This document shows, in pieces, positions 31,750 through 44,050 of a DNA stretch of 64,000 nucleotides. Under the pieces are notes generated by a model that was given only the letters and a program-made list of their open reading frames with translations, had not been told where the DNA came from and made no database searches. Source of the stretch: Lepidodermella squamata (Eukaryota; Animalia; Gastrotricha); contig JBLDXI010000004.1 of the NCBI GenBank assembly GCA_047495785.1, positions 2,480,001 through 2,544,000 on the forward strand, read 5' to 3'. The first letter of the stretch is position 1, and each line of letters opens with the position of its first letter. The position numbers were made by a program, and so were the translations under genes.

Positions 31750-34700
31750 ATGAGTAACGAAAATTTGAGCATACTTGGTCCGAAGGGTTTCCCCATTAAC
31801 AAAGGTGGAAAAGCCTATAAACAGTATATTAAAGAGGGTTTTTCATACGATGAAACGGGTAGTAAATGGTATAAGAATGGACATCCATATATTCAACATG
31901 TTGTTAATCCTGAAAATAGAAAGTTAATCCCTGTTAATGGTGACATATTCAACCAGTTGGTAAATGGTAATTACATATATGAGTATAGAAACCAGCTAAA
32001 GAAAGTCACCATTTTAAACAATAGAAAGATAGAAGTTGGATCAAGAGAGTTTATCAAGCTAGTTCGAAATACACACGCTTACGATTCCAAAAATAACATA
32101 TTAACCAAATACAAGAGTAGAATCAGAGATGGTTACGTATTCGATCCGATTACAGGGAAGCCTATCGTGATTGGAGGAGATAGATATGAAAGCTTGAGAA
32201 GGCAGGGATATGCAATAAAAGATGATTCAAATAGGATGTGCAAAAGACAGGAAAAGGATGGTTTCGTTATCAACCCCAAAACAATGAATAAAATCAAAAT
32301 TAATGGGGATAAATTCAATCAACTGATTGCTGATGGATATAAATACGTTCAAAGCACCAATAGCATGGAAAAAGATGATTACTTTCATATAGTTAAAATA
32401 GATGACTTTGGGCATTTCAAAAATATTCTCACTCGCACTGACATAGAGCCAACAAATAATTGTGAAATAGACTTTTACGAATACGCAAGGAAAATAAAGC
32501 CCAAGGTTATTAACGAGTATCGGAAACTAATTAACCAGCGCGGTCCAGTAAGAGCAGTGCTGTATACATCACTTTACTACCAAGAGAATAACGGCGTTCC
32601 AACATACCAATGGAGCTCATCGAATGAGAAAGCTCCAACAATTATAAATCATGACGATATTCCTGGTATTGTAGATAATATGTTCACACAAATGGGATCA
32701 AGCATTCAAGAGTATCATCAACGAGAGACAGGTGGGACGCTGATAGGAATTGGAAATACAAGTGTATGCACGTTTACATACAAGCCGTTGGCAGCAGGTT
32801 CTTACATAGAGACGCCGAAATGGATTGCGAATAAAAAAGCAGTCATTAACGTTCAAAACAAATCAGATAATAAATGTATCGTATGGAGCATTCTCGCTTC
32901 GCGGCATCAATTTGAAGATCATGCATATCGGGTTTCTAAATATATGAACTTTGAAAACACAATTAATACCGACGGAATAGCTTTCCCGATTAGCATAAAA
33001 GACATATCGAAATTGGAAGACTTGAATGAAATACGCATCAATATCATTGAATGCGGGAAAATCGATAAGGAGGTCCTCTTCCCGTTTTACGTATCAGATA
33101 AGAAATTTCTAGAAGAAGTAAATCTTCTGAGAATTGTTGAGAACAAGCAAGCACATTACTGCTGGATTAAGAATCCTAGTGCACTGTTGGCAGGAGTTAA
33201 CAAGCATGAGCATAAGCGATTCTGGTGTTTCAGATGCTTTCAGGGTTTTAATAGCGATGAATCCAGGCAGCATCATGTCAATGAAAAGAAGTGTAATGAG
33301 AAAGATGGAAAAGTGAAAGTTGAAATGCCTAAGGGTGAATCGGTTACGTTCAAAAATTACGCCAAGCAGCTGAAAATCCCTTTTGTATTTTATTGTGACG
33401 CAGAGAGTTTTCTCGTGAAGACCAATCAGAAAAAGGGTGCCAGCTCCACTATTTATCAAAAACATGAAGCGAACTCTTTCGGTGTTTACCTTTCAAGTGA
33501 TGTCGAGGGCATTAACTCGAGGTATAAAACATTCGAGGGTGAGAAATGCACCGAAGAATTTCTTAAATATCTGATGAAACAAGAATCATTCTTGACTTCA
33601 TATCTGAGGAATACTAATAAAGCAATGACGCTGACAGGGCAGCAAAAAACAGAATATAACAAAGCTTCACAATGCCATATTTGTAAAGGAGCTTTTGCAG
33701 ATGAGTCAGAAAAATGGAAAAAAGTGAGAGATCATGATCATTTGACAGGCTATTACAGAGGCGCAGCTCATAGTTTCTGCAATTTGAAATACAGCTATAG
33801 AAATATCAATATTCCAGTAGTATTTCATAATTTGAAAGGTTATGATGCACATTTGATTTTACAAGCAGCAGGAAAGGTAATAGAAGAAATTAATAATAAA
33901 AGAATGTCAGAATGGGAGCAATTGCCGAAGGAGCAGAAATCTCATGTGAAGAAACGTTTGTTACAGATAGGAGCCATCGCAAATAGTTCTGAGAAATACA
34001 TCTCTTTCAGCATTGGCAGATTGAGGTTCATAGACAGCCTCAACTTCATGCCGGTAAGTTTAGCTGATTTGGTACAGAATTTGAAAAAATCGAACGGTGG
34101 GTTCCCTCATCTGAAAAGCCAATTTCCACGGCTAACAGATCTGCAACTTGACCTGATAAAACAAAAGGGATTCTATCCGTATGAATATATAGATAGTCCC
34201 GAAAAACCGGAGGAGCCCTCACTGCCTGATATTGAACATTTTTCTACCAGCCTCCACTCGAGTTCGATTGATGGGAAATCAGGGCGAGTACCAATATCAC
34301 AGGAAGATTATGAACATGCTAAACGCGTGTATAAAGAATTTCAATGTCGAAAATTCAAAGACTATCATAGCCTTTATTTGAAAACCGATGTTTTACTCTT
34401 AGCCGACTGTTTCGAGAGTTTCAGAGATACATGTATGAAGTATTACACATTGGATCCTGCTCATTATTTAACAGCGCCAAGTTTGTCATGGGATGCTATG
34501 TTGAAGAAAACCGGTGTTCGAATTGAACTATTGGAGAATGAAGATATGTTAACATTTGTAGAGGAGGGAATTCGTGGCGGGGTCAGCATAATCACTCATA
34601 GATACGCTGGAGCGAATAACAAATACATGGTTGAATATGACCCATCGAAGCCGGACTCGTATATATTATACTTGGATGCAAATAACCTGTATGGCTATGC

Positions 34701-36006
34701 CATGTCGCAAGCCTTGCCATTAGGTCGTTACAAATGGGAAAAGAACTTGGATAAATATACCACAGATTTTATATTGAATTTAGGTGATGACGATGATATG
34801 GGATATATATTAATGGTAGATTTAGAATATCCTAATACCTTACACGATATTCATAATGATTATCCATTTTGTCCCGAACAAACATTTTGCGAACCCAGTC
34901 CGTATATGCAAACTGTCATGCAGAATTTGAATTTATCGAAACCGCCATCTATAACAAAACTGACTCAAAATCTCAATGATAAGACCAACTACGTCATTCA
35001 TTATAGAAATCTGAAGCAGGCTCTGGAGAATGGCTTGATTTTGAAGAAGGTTCATAAGGTTCTAAGCTTCAGCCAATCGAAATGGTTGGCACCTTATATT
35101 GATTTCAATACGAAAAAGAGAAGTGAAGCTAGGAATGATTTTGAGAAAGATTTCTTCAAGCTGTTGAATAATGCAGTTTTTGGAAAGACCATGGAGAACC
35201 TTAGAAAACGAGTAGACATCAGACTCGTTACTCAACCCAATAAGTTGCAAAAATTGATAAACAAGCCAAATTTCAAAGATGCCAAAGTTATTGCTGAAGA
35301 TTTGTGCAGCGTAAATATGGCTAAGACATCTATTAAATTCGATCGCCCGATTATCGTAGGTTTCAGCGTTTTAGAATTATCGAAGACGTTGATGTATGAT
35401 TTTCATTACAATGTGATCAAGAACAAATATGGTGACAAGGCAAAGCTGTTATTCACAGACACAGATTCGTTGTGTTATCACGTACAAGCCGAGGATATAT
35501 ATAAGGATATAGAAAGTTATAAAGAGGTGATGGACTTTAGCGACTACCCTAAGGACCATGCATTACATTCAAACGTTAACAAGAAAGTTATTGGTAAGTT
35601 CAAAGACGAATGTGCCGGAGGTATAGCACTTTCAACTATTACTGAATTCGTTGGCTTGAGATCGAAGTCCTATAGCTTCAAATCTGAAGTAATTTCAACG
35701 ACTGGAGAAAATACAGAACTCCATCAGGAGACATCGGTAAAGAAAGCTAAAGGTGTCGTTAAACATTGCGTAAAAAAGCAAATACAATTTGAAAATTATA
35801 AAAATTGTGTATTAAAACATGTCTTAACAAAAGCTACATTCAATCAAATCCGATCCTTCAATCATAAGCTAGTAACTATGCAAAGTACAAAACTCGCTCT
35901 GTGCCCATACGATGACAAACGATGGGTGTGTGATGATGGTGTAACAACGCTTGCTCATGGTCACTATAGTATGAAAAATGTACATGCACTGGTAGGTACT
36001 GCCTAA
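31750..36006 (+). CDS. polB: B protein-primed DNA polymerase, intact
   Basis: FHNLKGYD, LDANNLYG, KLLNNAVFGK, TDTDS, RDHDHLTG. Confidence 0.97.
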   Translation: MSNENLSILGPKGFPINKGGKAYKQYIKEGFSYDETGSKWYKNGHPYIQHVVNPENRKLIPVNGDIFNQLVNGNYIYEYRNQLKKVTILNNRKIEVGSREFIKLVRNTHAYDSKNNILTKYKSRIRDGYVFDPITGKPIVIGGDRYESLRRQGYAIKDDSNRMCKRQEKDGFVINPKTMNKIKINGDKFNQLIADGYKYVQSTNSMEKDDYFHIVKIDDFGHFKNILTRTDIEPTNNCEIDFYEYARKIKPKVINEYRKLINQRGPVRAVLYTSLYYQENNGVPTYQWSSSNEKAPTIINHDDIPGIVDNMFTQMGSSIQEYHQRETGGTLIGIGNTSVCTFTYKPLAAGSYIETPKWIANKKAVINVQNKSDNKCIVWSILASRHQFEDHAYRVSKYMNFENTINTDGIAFPISIKDISKLEDLNEIRINIIECGKIDKEVLFPFYVSDKKFLEEVNLLRIVENKQAHYCWIKNPSALLAGVNKHEHKRFWCFRCFQGFNSDESRQHHVNEKKCNEKDGKVKVEMPKGESVTFKNYAKQLKIPFVFYCDAESFLVKTNQKKGASSTIYQKHEANSFGVYLSSDVEGINSRYKTFEGEKCTEEFLKYLMKQESFLTSYLRNTNKAMTLTGQQKTEYNKASQCHICKGAFADESEKWKKVRDHDHLTGYYRGAAHSFCNLKYSYRNINIPVVFHNLKGYDAHLILQAAGKVIEEINNKRMSEWEQLPKEQKSHVKKRLLQIGAIANSSEKYISFSIGRLRFIDSLNFMPVSLADLVQNLKKSNGGFPHLKSQFPRLTDLQLDLIKQKGFYPYEYIDSPEKPEEPSLPDIEHFSTSLHSSSIDGKSGRVPISQEDYEHAKRVYKEFQCRKFKDYHSLYLKTDVLLLADCFESFRDTCMKYYTLDPAHYLTAPSLSWDAMLKKTGVRIELLENEDMLTFVEEGIRGGVSIITHRYAGANNKYMVEYDPSKPDSYILYLDANNLYGYAMSQALPLGRYKWEKNLDKYTTDFILNLGDDDDMGYILMVDLEYPNTLHDIHNDYPFCPEQTFCEPSPYMQTVMQNLNLSKPPSITKLTQNLNDKTNYVIHYRNLKQALENGLILKKVHKVLSFSQSKWLAPYIDFNTKKRSEARNDFEKDFFKLLNNAVFGKTMENLRKRVDIRLVTQPNKLQKLINKPNFKDAKVIAEDLCSVNMAKTSIKFDRPIIVGFSVLELSKTLMYDFHYNVIKNKYGDKAKLLFTDTDSLCYHVQAEDIYKDIESYKEVMDFSDYPKDHALHSNVNKKVIGKFKDECAGGIALSTITEFVGLRSKSYSFKSEVISTTGENTELHQETSVKKAKGVVKHCVKKQIQFENYKNCVLKHVLTKATFNQIRSFNHKLVTMQSTKLALCPYDDKRWVCDDGVTTLAHGHYSMKNVHALVGTA

Positions 36007-37605
36007 TCGACCGGTGGAGCGGCCGATAGACGGTTGCGTAATATTCAAGTATGAGAATCGGCCGGTGTAGCGGTCGATAGACTGTAATACTATTAGTACC
36101 GAGCTGGTAGACGCTGACAGCTATGACCTAAGTATTAAGCAATTATTACATAATTAATGCGTAGCGAATGCGTGGCTAATGCGTAGTTCACAGTCAGTAA
36201 TGTTCAACGCGCCAATTACTATCGGCCGGTGGAACGGCCGATAGACTGCTATGTAATGTAGTCAAGTAAGCAAATATGTGTATGAGCTGGGGTGAACTCA
36301 AAGATATGTCGAAATCCAAGAAGTCTGATATCATACCGCTATTTCATTGATTTTTATGGATTTTTCAACGACCTACGTTGTGGTTGAAAAATTGTCCAAA
36401 TCTTACGAGCCATATGCCATTCGAAAGCCGGTAAAGTACTGATTAAAAATTTGGGAGTGGAATTTCAAGTTTCGTGGGCGTGAACAAAATTTTGGGCACT
36501 CAAAACCTGCCAAAATGGGCTTTCAGACGACGTTTTGCGAATTTTTAACGAGCTATGTTGAAGACGAAAGTTTTTGCAAATCCTATGAATCATATATCAT
36601 TGGAAAGCCTGTAGTTTGTATATTGGTTTGAGTCGAGTGGATTTTTGAATTTCGTATTTTTTAAAAAAATTTACGTGATGAAAAAAACACTATTCTTATG
36701 ATTTTTTCGATTTTTTAACGACTTGAAAGAAAGACGAAAATGGTAACGAATCCGTTGAGTCATATATCATTAGAAAGCAAGTAATTAGAGCTGTTATACC
36801 TAATCGGCTGTTGGAGCGGTCGATAGACTGTGACGTAGTATTCATATATGAGAATCGGCCGGTGGAACGGTCGATAGAGAATTAGTACTGGGTTTGTGGC
36901 GCTGACAGTATATCCAACATATAAAGCCCTTAATACATAATTAATGATTATTAATGCGTAACGAATGCGTGGCTAATGCGTAGTTCACAGACAGTAATGT
37001 TCAACGCGTCAATTACTATCGGCCGGTGGAACGGTCGATAGACTGTAATGTTATGTGCGCAACTAAGCAAATATGTGTAAATTTCAATGACCTGGGGTGA
37101 GTTCAAGAATATGTCGAAATCTAATGAATCATATATCATTCGATAGCCTGAGACATGCAGATTGTATTCAGTCGAGGGGATTTTTAGATTTCGAAACGTG
37201 AATTGATAGATTGTGTAATAAAACAAGCTATTATCATTGATTTTTATGGATTTTTCAACGACCTACGTTGTGGTTGAAAAATTGTCCAAATCTTACGAGT
37301 CATATGTCATTCGAAAGCCAGTAAAGTACTGATTAAAAAATTGGGAGTGGAATTTCAAGTTTCGCGGGCGTGAACAAAATTTTGGGCACTCAAAGCCTGC
37401 CAAAATGGGCTTTCTGACGACGTTTTGCGAATATTTAACGACCTGTGTTGAAGACGAAAGTTTTTGCAAATCCCATGAATCATATATCATTGGAAAGCCT
37501 GTAGTTTGTATATTGGTTTGAGTCGAGTGGATTTTTGATTTTTGTATTTTTAAAAAAATTTTACATGATGAAAAAAAAACACAATTTTTATGATTTTTCG
37601 ATTTT
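36003..37605. repeat. Two ~800-bp tandem units containing hairpin repeats and CATATATCATTnGAAAGCC subrepeats
   Basis: 36151 matches 36950 and ~36340-36715 matches ~37230-37605; ATCGGCCGGTGGAACGG(C/T)CGATAG recurs. Confidence 0.88.
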
Positions 37606-37688
37606 TTTCGCTAATCATCATTTCAGAGTAAATGTGTTTTATTAGTTGACATCTGTCATATTAATACATGGCGACATGATCGCAACAG

Positions 37689-38160
37689 TTAAAAATCCAG
37701 CTCTTCATACCATTTTTGTCCTTCTGGCGTTGTCATTGCAGCTTTGATAACGGTGTGTAGTCGCAGCATTTCACGGACTGGAACGCAAACATTCATCAGC
37801 TTCGCATAGTCTTGGTAAGTTGTATACAGTTTGATCATCTCATTTGTCCAACTTTTATGGAATCCGAACTTCTGCAGCACCATAGGGTGAAATTCGTTTC
37901 TGCTTCTTATTTTACGTAAGTAATGTAGCGCTTCACCAAGGGAGAAACTCGCAGCCAATTGTCGTCCTTTGCATTCGCGCAGCTTTATGTGTGATTGCAA
38001 AACAAATTCCTCTAGCTTATCAATCAATTCGTACACTTTCACAGCACCATTGAACCTGAATCGAGTGACGTCGTCTGTCGCAGAGCCTAAGATGTTTGCT
38101 TTCAACATTTCCAGAACGGTTTTATGTGACGATATATCAAACCGAATGCGATTTATCTGA
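37689..38160 (-). CDS. B DUF3102-like protein (probably spliced)
   Basis: SFSLGEALHYLRK...HKSWTNEMIKLY, homologous to A 17962-18444. Confidence 0.55.
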
Positions 38161-38206
38161 AATGATTGAAAATATATTTATTTGAAGTGTAAGAAGATTT
38201 GATATA

Positions 38207-38599
38207 CTATACCATTACGGAGTCTCTTATACACTTCTTTTTTGTCAGTGGTTCAACAACTCCAGCTTCTCCTTCATTATAATCGTCTGTGATTTCAGTG
38301 TCATCCTCACCTTGATCGCATCTGAGATTGGTGAGCGCCTCGTCTCTTCCATCTCCTCTATATCCCTCTTCCTTTGACGATGATGTATCAGAATGAAGGT
38401 CGATTTCAGGTTCTTCGAGTAGAAGCAATTTCAGTTGCGGAATTCTTTCTCCAAAAGGATGCTTGTGTTCGTCATAAAACTTTTCCAGAGTTGTCACGTA
38501 GCGACGGAAAGCATAGTAACGTTTACGCTCCTGCAGACTCAACTTCCGTCGTAACCCAAGTTTCAGGACGAGAAATTGTTTCCGTTTTCGATGAACCAT
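38207..38599 (-). CDS. Hypothetical protein or exon with basic N-terminus and acidic C-terminus
   Basis: 130-aa ORF in the B accessory region. Confidence 0.4.
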   Translation of the reverse strand: MVHRKRKQFLVLKLGLRRKLSLQERKRYYAFRRYVTTLEKFYDEHKHPFGERIPQLKLLLLEEPEIDLHSDTSSSKEEGYRGDGRDEALTNLRCDQGEDDTEITDDYNEGEAGVVEPLTKKKCIRDSVMV

Positions 38600-38802
38600 A
38601 ATAACTGCTCAATAGTATGAATCTAAACAAAAAAGACATGGCATTTTGAATAATATTTAATTATGTTTTTGCGCAAAAAGGATGTTCCCGAGATGATAGA
38701 AATGATATTAACGAAATAAATTATAATTATTGTTAAACGTTAACGATTTGAATTTGTAGAAATCGGATCATGGAAAGTTTCGTTCGAATGCAAATTTGCT
38801 GT

Positions 38803-39558
38803 TCAATGGATAATAGAAGTCAATAGACTGACGATATCCGCTAGTTGTCGTTGCCAAAATCTCCAAAGAAAAACTGGAAGGTCATCTTGATAGGAATATA
38901 TCAGTTGACTGACTATCCGGCATTGCAAGCTGCCCCAAGTGGCGACCGTTCCTCGCTTCCCACATCTTTTAATGTAATAGAGCAACAGTTCATTATGACT
39001 AGCGTGAAGTAGAGCAACCATCGCTGATCCGTAAACGATACCACAAACAATATATCGGAGAAGTTTCGCCAGTTTCGAGACTAACGAATTGCCTGTTTCC
39101 ATTTGTATGAACATAAACGACATAAAATAATAGCAGAATTTCGCAAATTCCAAATGGAAAAAGAGCATGTTGAGCGAAATGAGCAATGATCGTTTGCGGA
39201 AACTGTAGCGCGTGAATCGACTTCCATAGTTAGCGAGCATGGTTGGTTTTATTGATTTCCATGTCTGCAGAAATCCGAAAGAAATGACAGCAAGTAGAGC
39301 GATGCAAGTAGGAAAATTGCCCGCAACGAATAACAACAACTCCAGGAATGCCGATGTTCCCATTTTTTGAAAAAGGCTTGCCAAATACACATACACGAGA
39401 AGTGACATGTATTGAATGACTATTGCAATCCAGTGCAACAGCGAGGTGATGAAACGCATCGTGATCATTTTTTCAATTTTCAACTGAAAGAAATGCACTT
39501 CGAAAAAATTGCACTTGAAGACCGATAACCACTTCGAGTTGGGAGTTCGTCCAAACAT
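38803..39558 (-). CDS. Multi-pass membrane hypothetical protein
   Basis: About four hydrophobic segments. Confidence 0.5.
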   Translation of the reverse strand: MFGRTPNSKWLSVFKCNFFEVHFFQLKIEKMITMRFITSLLHWIAIVIQYMSLLVYVYLASLFQKMGTSAFLELLLFVAGNFPTCIALLAVISFGFLQTWKSIKPTMLANYGSRFTRYSFRKRSLLISLNMLFFHLEFAKFCYYFMSFMFIQMETGNSLVSKLAKLLRYIVCGIVYGSAMVALLHASHNELLLYYIKRCGKRGTVATWGSLQCRIVSQLIYSYQDDLPVFLWRFWQRQLADIVSLLTSIIH

Positions 39559-40374
39559 CTCTTGAAATGTGCGGACCTGACATGGGTAATGGGCATTAAA
39601 TCCCCCATTAGCTCACTATGGCACACTATTTATTTCAGGTAGTTGATGTAATAACTTTAATACGCATACTGTGCGTGTGTAGTAACTTATTGCGCGTATG
39701 ACGTGTGGAATTGCGCGCATATCACGCGAATGGTTAACGCCTTCTGTCAAAGTGAGCATTAGTTTGCACATTAGTGAACCCGGAGAGTAAAAAATAAATA
39801 AGGATAAAAAAACAGAACAAAACATTAATGCAATCCATCCAGTTGATGTAACCAGTTATATTGAAGTAATTTACAGTTACATTTTTCCGGTTCATACCTC
39901 CTTCCCCCGAGTAAGACCGATTGAGTTTATTTCGTGTAGTCGAATCGAGCATCGATCAAATGTTCAGCAAATTCCTCAAAGCCGGTCAAGTATTCTTCCA
40001 AATTTTAGTCATTGTAATGCAGCTCCTGCAATTTGGTTCTGTTCTCCTTGTGTTCATTCTCCTTCCTGCTGTCTGGGAGTCGTACTGCAAGTGGCAAAAC
40101 ATCGAGTTCTCCTGGTGGTTGGTCTACAAAATATTCAGGTCTATCTGGCGCACTGACATCTGCTGGGGTGAATACCCTTGGGAGTAGGAGCAGTGTAACT
40201 GACTGAATAACTATGAAACTACGAGACAATCCTGATGCAATGAACGTTATTGTACAATTCCAAACTATTCTGCTAATTCTAGGAACATGCCATGTGTATA
40301 ACTACTGCATGCATTAAATTAGTGTTTGAATCATCACCCTTCATATTTTTAGGTTTATTGTAACTAAATTAATA

Positions 40375-40602
40375 ATGGAGAATCAGTCTGCTACTGATGC
40401 CGGCACGCAACGACCGTCAACACGGTGTTTTTCATGTAAATGGCTGCTACTATTACTTATTGTAGCCACTATGACAACTATCACCATGATTTATTATTTT
40501 GGGGGAAAATCGGAAATATTCATCGTCCAGTCAACTGCATCACCCATGGAAAAGGTGAACAATGTGTCCACTATGCAGGTCTACCCCGCACACGCCAACT
40601 GA
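40375..40602 (+). CDS. Small single-pass membrane protein
   Basis: WLLLLLIVATMTTITMIYYF. Confidence 0.35.
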   Translation: MENQSATDAGTQRPSTRCFSCKWLLLLLIVATMTTITMIYYFGGKSEIFIVQSTASPMEKVNNVSTMQVYPAHAN

Positions 40603-41797
40603 AACTGATCTGCATCAAGTGCTGCACTGCTCCTTGCCGTTACAAGTCAAAAGGAAAAAAGAAATACGTGGATAATCATGACGGATTGATTTAAGCTTGT
40701 TTCGTAATATTTACTCTCATAAATTATAAAGCATGCTGCATAATGCAATGAGGAATTTCGTATTGATATTTAATAAAAATGACACTCGTCGAATATCACA
40801 TTATATATTATCATATATGAAGATGCATGTCCACAATTCATGAAACTCTGCATGAATGCAATGAAATATAAATAAATGCGTATACCTTCCATACATATCG
40901 ACCGGTGAAACGGCCGATAGCCGAGTGCTTTCGAGGGTAATGTAGTGCTCATTACAGGAAATGTTCCAGAAATGACTTTAACAGTGCAGTTTATTACATC
41001 TTCCCATTTTTTCACATCAAATACTCCCCCGTAACCGTAAAAATGTTTCTCATTCGCGGACGCGCAATTATCATAACTTATCGTCCCAGCAATTTCAAAG
41101 TCACTAATTATTTATTCAAAACGTCCTTGAAATATTTTACCAATTTCCATGAGCAGATAGGAAATGCTAAAAAGGGCGTAAGCCGTCGAGTGGCCCAGGA
41201 CCGGCAATTCCTATCTGCTAATCCATTCGTCGATCATTGGTCACAATTTAATTTAAATTTAATTTAAAATTGAAAATCAAAGTTGAAAGTCCCCTGTAAG
41301 TCGCCAAATGTTGCTGATTAACAAATTGATCACTGATATGCTACATTACTGATGAGGGCTGAGAAGCTTGGGAGGGTGAGGGGGGGGGGGGCACCTCGAT
41401 TTTTGTTTTGAAATCATCTATTTCCACACAGTTCCTTTCCATCCCTGCGAACTCCAGGATGCGAGATTGCTCCCTGCTTTCGATTCCTTGGGTGCTTGGG
41501 GGCAAAAGGCCATTGAACCGTCACATTATGACTACAGCTCAGCGCGACTTTGACTGAATTTGCGGTTGCGCACCACGAGCTGATTGAGAGAAGTTTTACG
41601 TGCGATTGGGAGGGAAAAACAATCACTAGGGCACGGTTTTGAGACTAATTAAACGTGATAATCGATAAAAGCTTCCTGATCAATTAACTCGCGCGGAAAT
41701 AGGGTGCGCCGTCTCATCTAAAACGCTCACAACAGTAAATGCGAAGAAATGTTCGATCAGTAAAGATTAGTTACAAACTTTTCTTTATTTTTATACG

Positions 41798-44050
41798 ATG
41801 TTACTGAGTTATTTGAAATTTGCCTACGACTTGGTTGTTTCTGCTGCGTCAATACTTCTTAATGGCCTCGTGGTTGCAAGTGTTTGGAACTCAAACTTTC
41901 AGCCGAAAGGATACCGAAAATTCCTGATCTGCCTCGCTTTCTCGGATCTATACATTGCTCTTGTGAACCTTTGCTACCTGGCACGTAACATCTACTCACA
42001 AGAAATGTACGATTCCGGCGAAATTCAAACATGGGATTTGAAGTACACTTTCCGAAATTTCCAGCTCGCTGGATTCATGGTTTGAATCTTAAAAAATTTG
42101 CGAGATCATCTAAAACCATTTTATTCTGTTATTTTAATCAGGCCAATCTTTTGTCGCTTGTGGCAATGTCGACAGATCACTTCATTGGAATAGTAAGAAA
42201 TTCTGGGTACAGTTTCTTTTAACTCTGGTGTCGTTTTTTCAGATGTATCCCCTTCACTACAACACGGTAAAATTTGAGAAAATCCCTGTGGGTGTATCAT
42301 CTTCGGTTTTTTAGTACCTGAGAGGGCGGAATTGCAGAATTATTATCACTCTAATCTGGGTATCGGCGTTCGTAATTGGTTTGTTTGCTAGCGAGAAGCG
42401 ATTTCATTTAATGTTTTATTTCTTCAGGTTTCTGTGACGTTTTCATTCGTGCCGCATCGCGTGGCTTGCACCTTGATTACTCCTCTAATATATCCTCTGA
42501 ATACGAAGCAGAAATCGAAGACGAAGATTGGGGAGAGTTGTTTGTCGAATCTGAAGCAGAATTTGCTCTAAATGCTTCAAGAATAGAGAATTTTAGCTTG
42601 ATTGATCCGCTCTATGATTCAAATAACGAGAGCATTACGCCAGCGGAGTTGAAATACCGCGTCAACAAGCTTTTGCAGATTTTCAAGCCGAAAGCTGATG
42701 AGAAAGAATACACCCTCGAGTTCGCTGTGATTGCTATGACAGCTATTTGTCTAGCTTTTCTCATCGTTTGCTACGGCCGTGTGTTTCAAGAGGTGATTTA
42801 TTCAATCCCCAAATTTACAGCATTTCAAGTTTTTTTTTTCATTTTAGGGATTTCGAAATCATTCCGTGAATTTGAGAAAGCTAGTCGTAACAACTTGCAT
42901 CCTACTCGGTGCTTTCAGCATATGGTTTGTTTAAGCCTAGTTCTAAGCATATAGACAAATAAACTAATAATAGACCAGAGCAATTCGATACTGCCAAATT
43001 TATTCAAAAATTTCCATTTCAAAATGTTGAATTATCCTTCACTTCGTGTTGCCGTTGAAATGACGGCTTTCACCATGCAATGTTGAAGCTGCATCACAAA
43101 TGTCCCCGAAAATGACATTTTTGACACTTTGAAATTGCGATTGCTAAACCTGCGGGCTCAAAATTATATCAATATAATCACTCATAGAGAATTTTGCGAG
43201 CTTCTGTGGTAAAATTTGAATCCATTTAGCGCGAAAATGGAATCTGAGGTTGGGCAAATTGCGATGCGAGAATTCAGAGTTTCTTGAGGCGAAACCTTTT
43301 GCGATATTCATATGACAGTGGATATGAAGCAGAAAATTTGATTTCATCAGTATTCAAATGCGCTAGTGTCCAATCTGTTTTAATTTGTTTTGACTTAAAG
43401 ATAAATTGATCACTTTAATCTGATTTAGTTGGCTGCCCTTCATGAGCTTTGAGTTCTTCATGTATCTAAGCCTGATGGTGGGCTCTCAAAGCAAACCGTC
43501 CACATCTCAGTATGTTCAAGCATGAAATTACATGTTTAATAATATAGTGATTCATTTTGGCAGCTCCCTCTCTGTCCATGAAATTTTCCACAGCTTATTG
43601 ATGTCGGCACCATTAATTGACCCGCTGATATATTCTGCGAGGTTGTGCGCTATGCGGAGGTGAGACTATTTCATGAATTCAGTAAATTTGAAAAATTCGA
43701 AGATTTTTAGACTTATACTGCTTCGATTGGCGGGTATACTGCCCTGCTGGAGAAAGATGATCCGGTTCGGAGCAATGACCCGTATTTCCCTTCAAACGGC
43801 TTTCTCAGTCTCGTCAGTCAAACACCCAGTAGCTCACGACACCCTTGTGAATTCCAAGTCATTTGACGTTGACATCGCCCTCGGCTTAATGGATGATGGA
43901 GATGGGATGGAAATCAGTGCAGCCGATGCTCATTCAACTGGCGTCCGGGGCTTCTACGAAGCTGTTGCCGAGCTTCACATGCCGGACGACAAATTGCTCA
44001 GCCACCGAGATGCAGTTGACAAGCCTCTTCCTACAAGACAGGGATATTGA
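41798..44050 (+). CDS. Rhodopsin-family GPCR, multi-exon, copy 1
   Basis: LNGLVV (TM1), LAFSDL (TM2), STDHF..MYPLHY (TM3), WLPF (TM6), DPLIYSARL (TM7); short GT-AG introns. Confidence 0.85.

Larger units (their letters stand above)
1..41350. mobile_element. Polinton/Maverick element B, interrupted by A; left end outside window, right end approximate
   Basis: MCP split at 339/23902; same gene order as A (MCP, pVI-like, penton, conserved gene, ATPase, PLA2-integrase, small basic gene, pPolB); candidate terminus CTACATTACT at 41341-41350 cannot be verified without the other TIR. Confidence 0.8.

Noticed and set aside
23902-36006. Tandem duplication or misassembly of element A
   Set aside because: B differs throughout, has its own lesions and a divergent polymerase, and a clean 6-bp TSD explains the junctions
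1-41350. Prophage or bacterial contaminant
   Set aside because: Spliceosomal introns, chromodomain integrase, adenain protease and shared host MITEs indicate an endogenous eukaryotic Polinton
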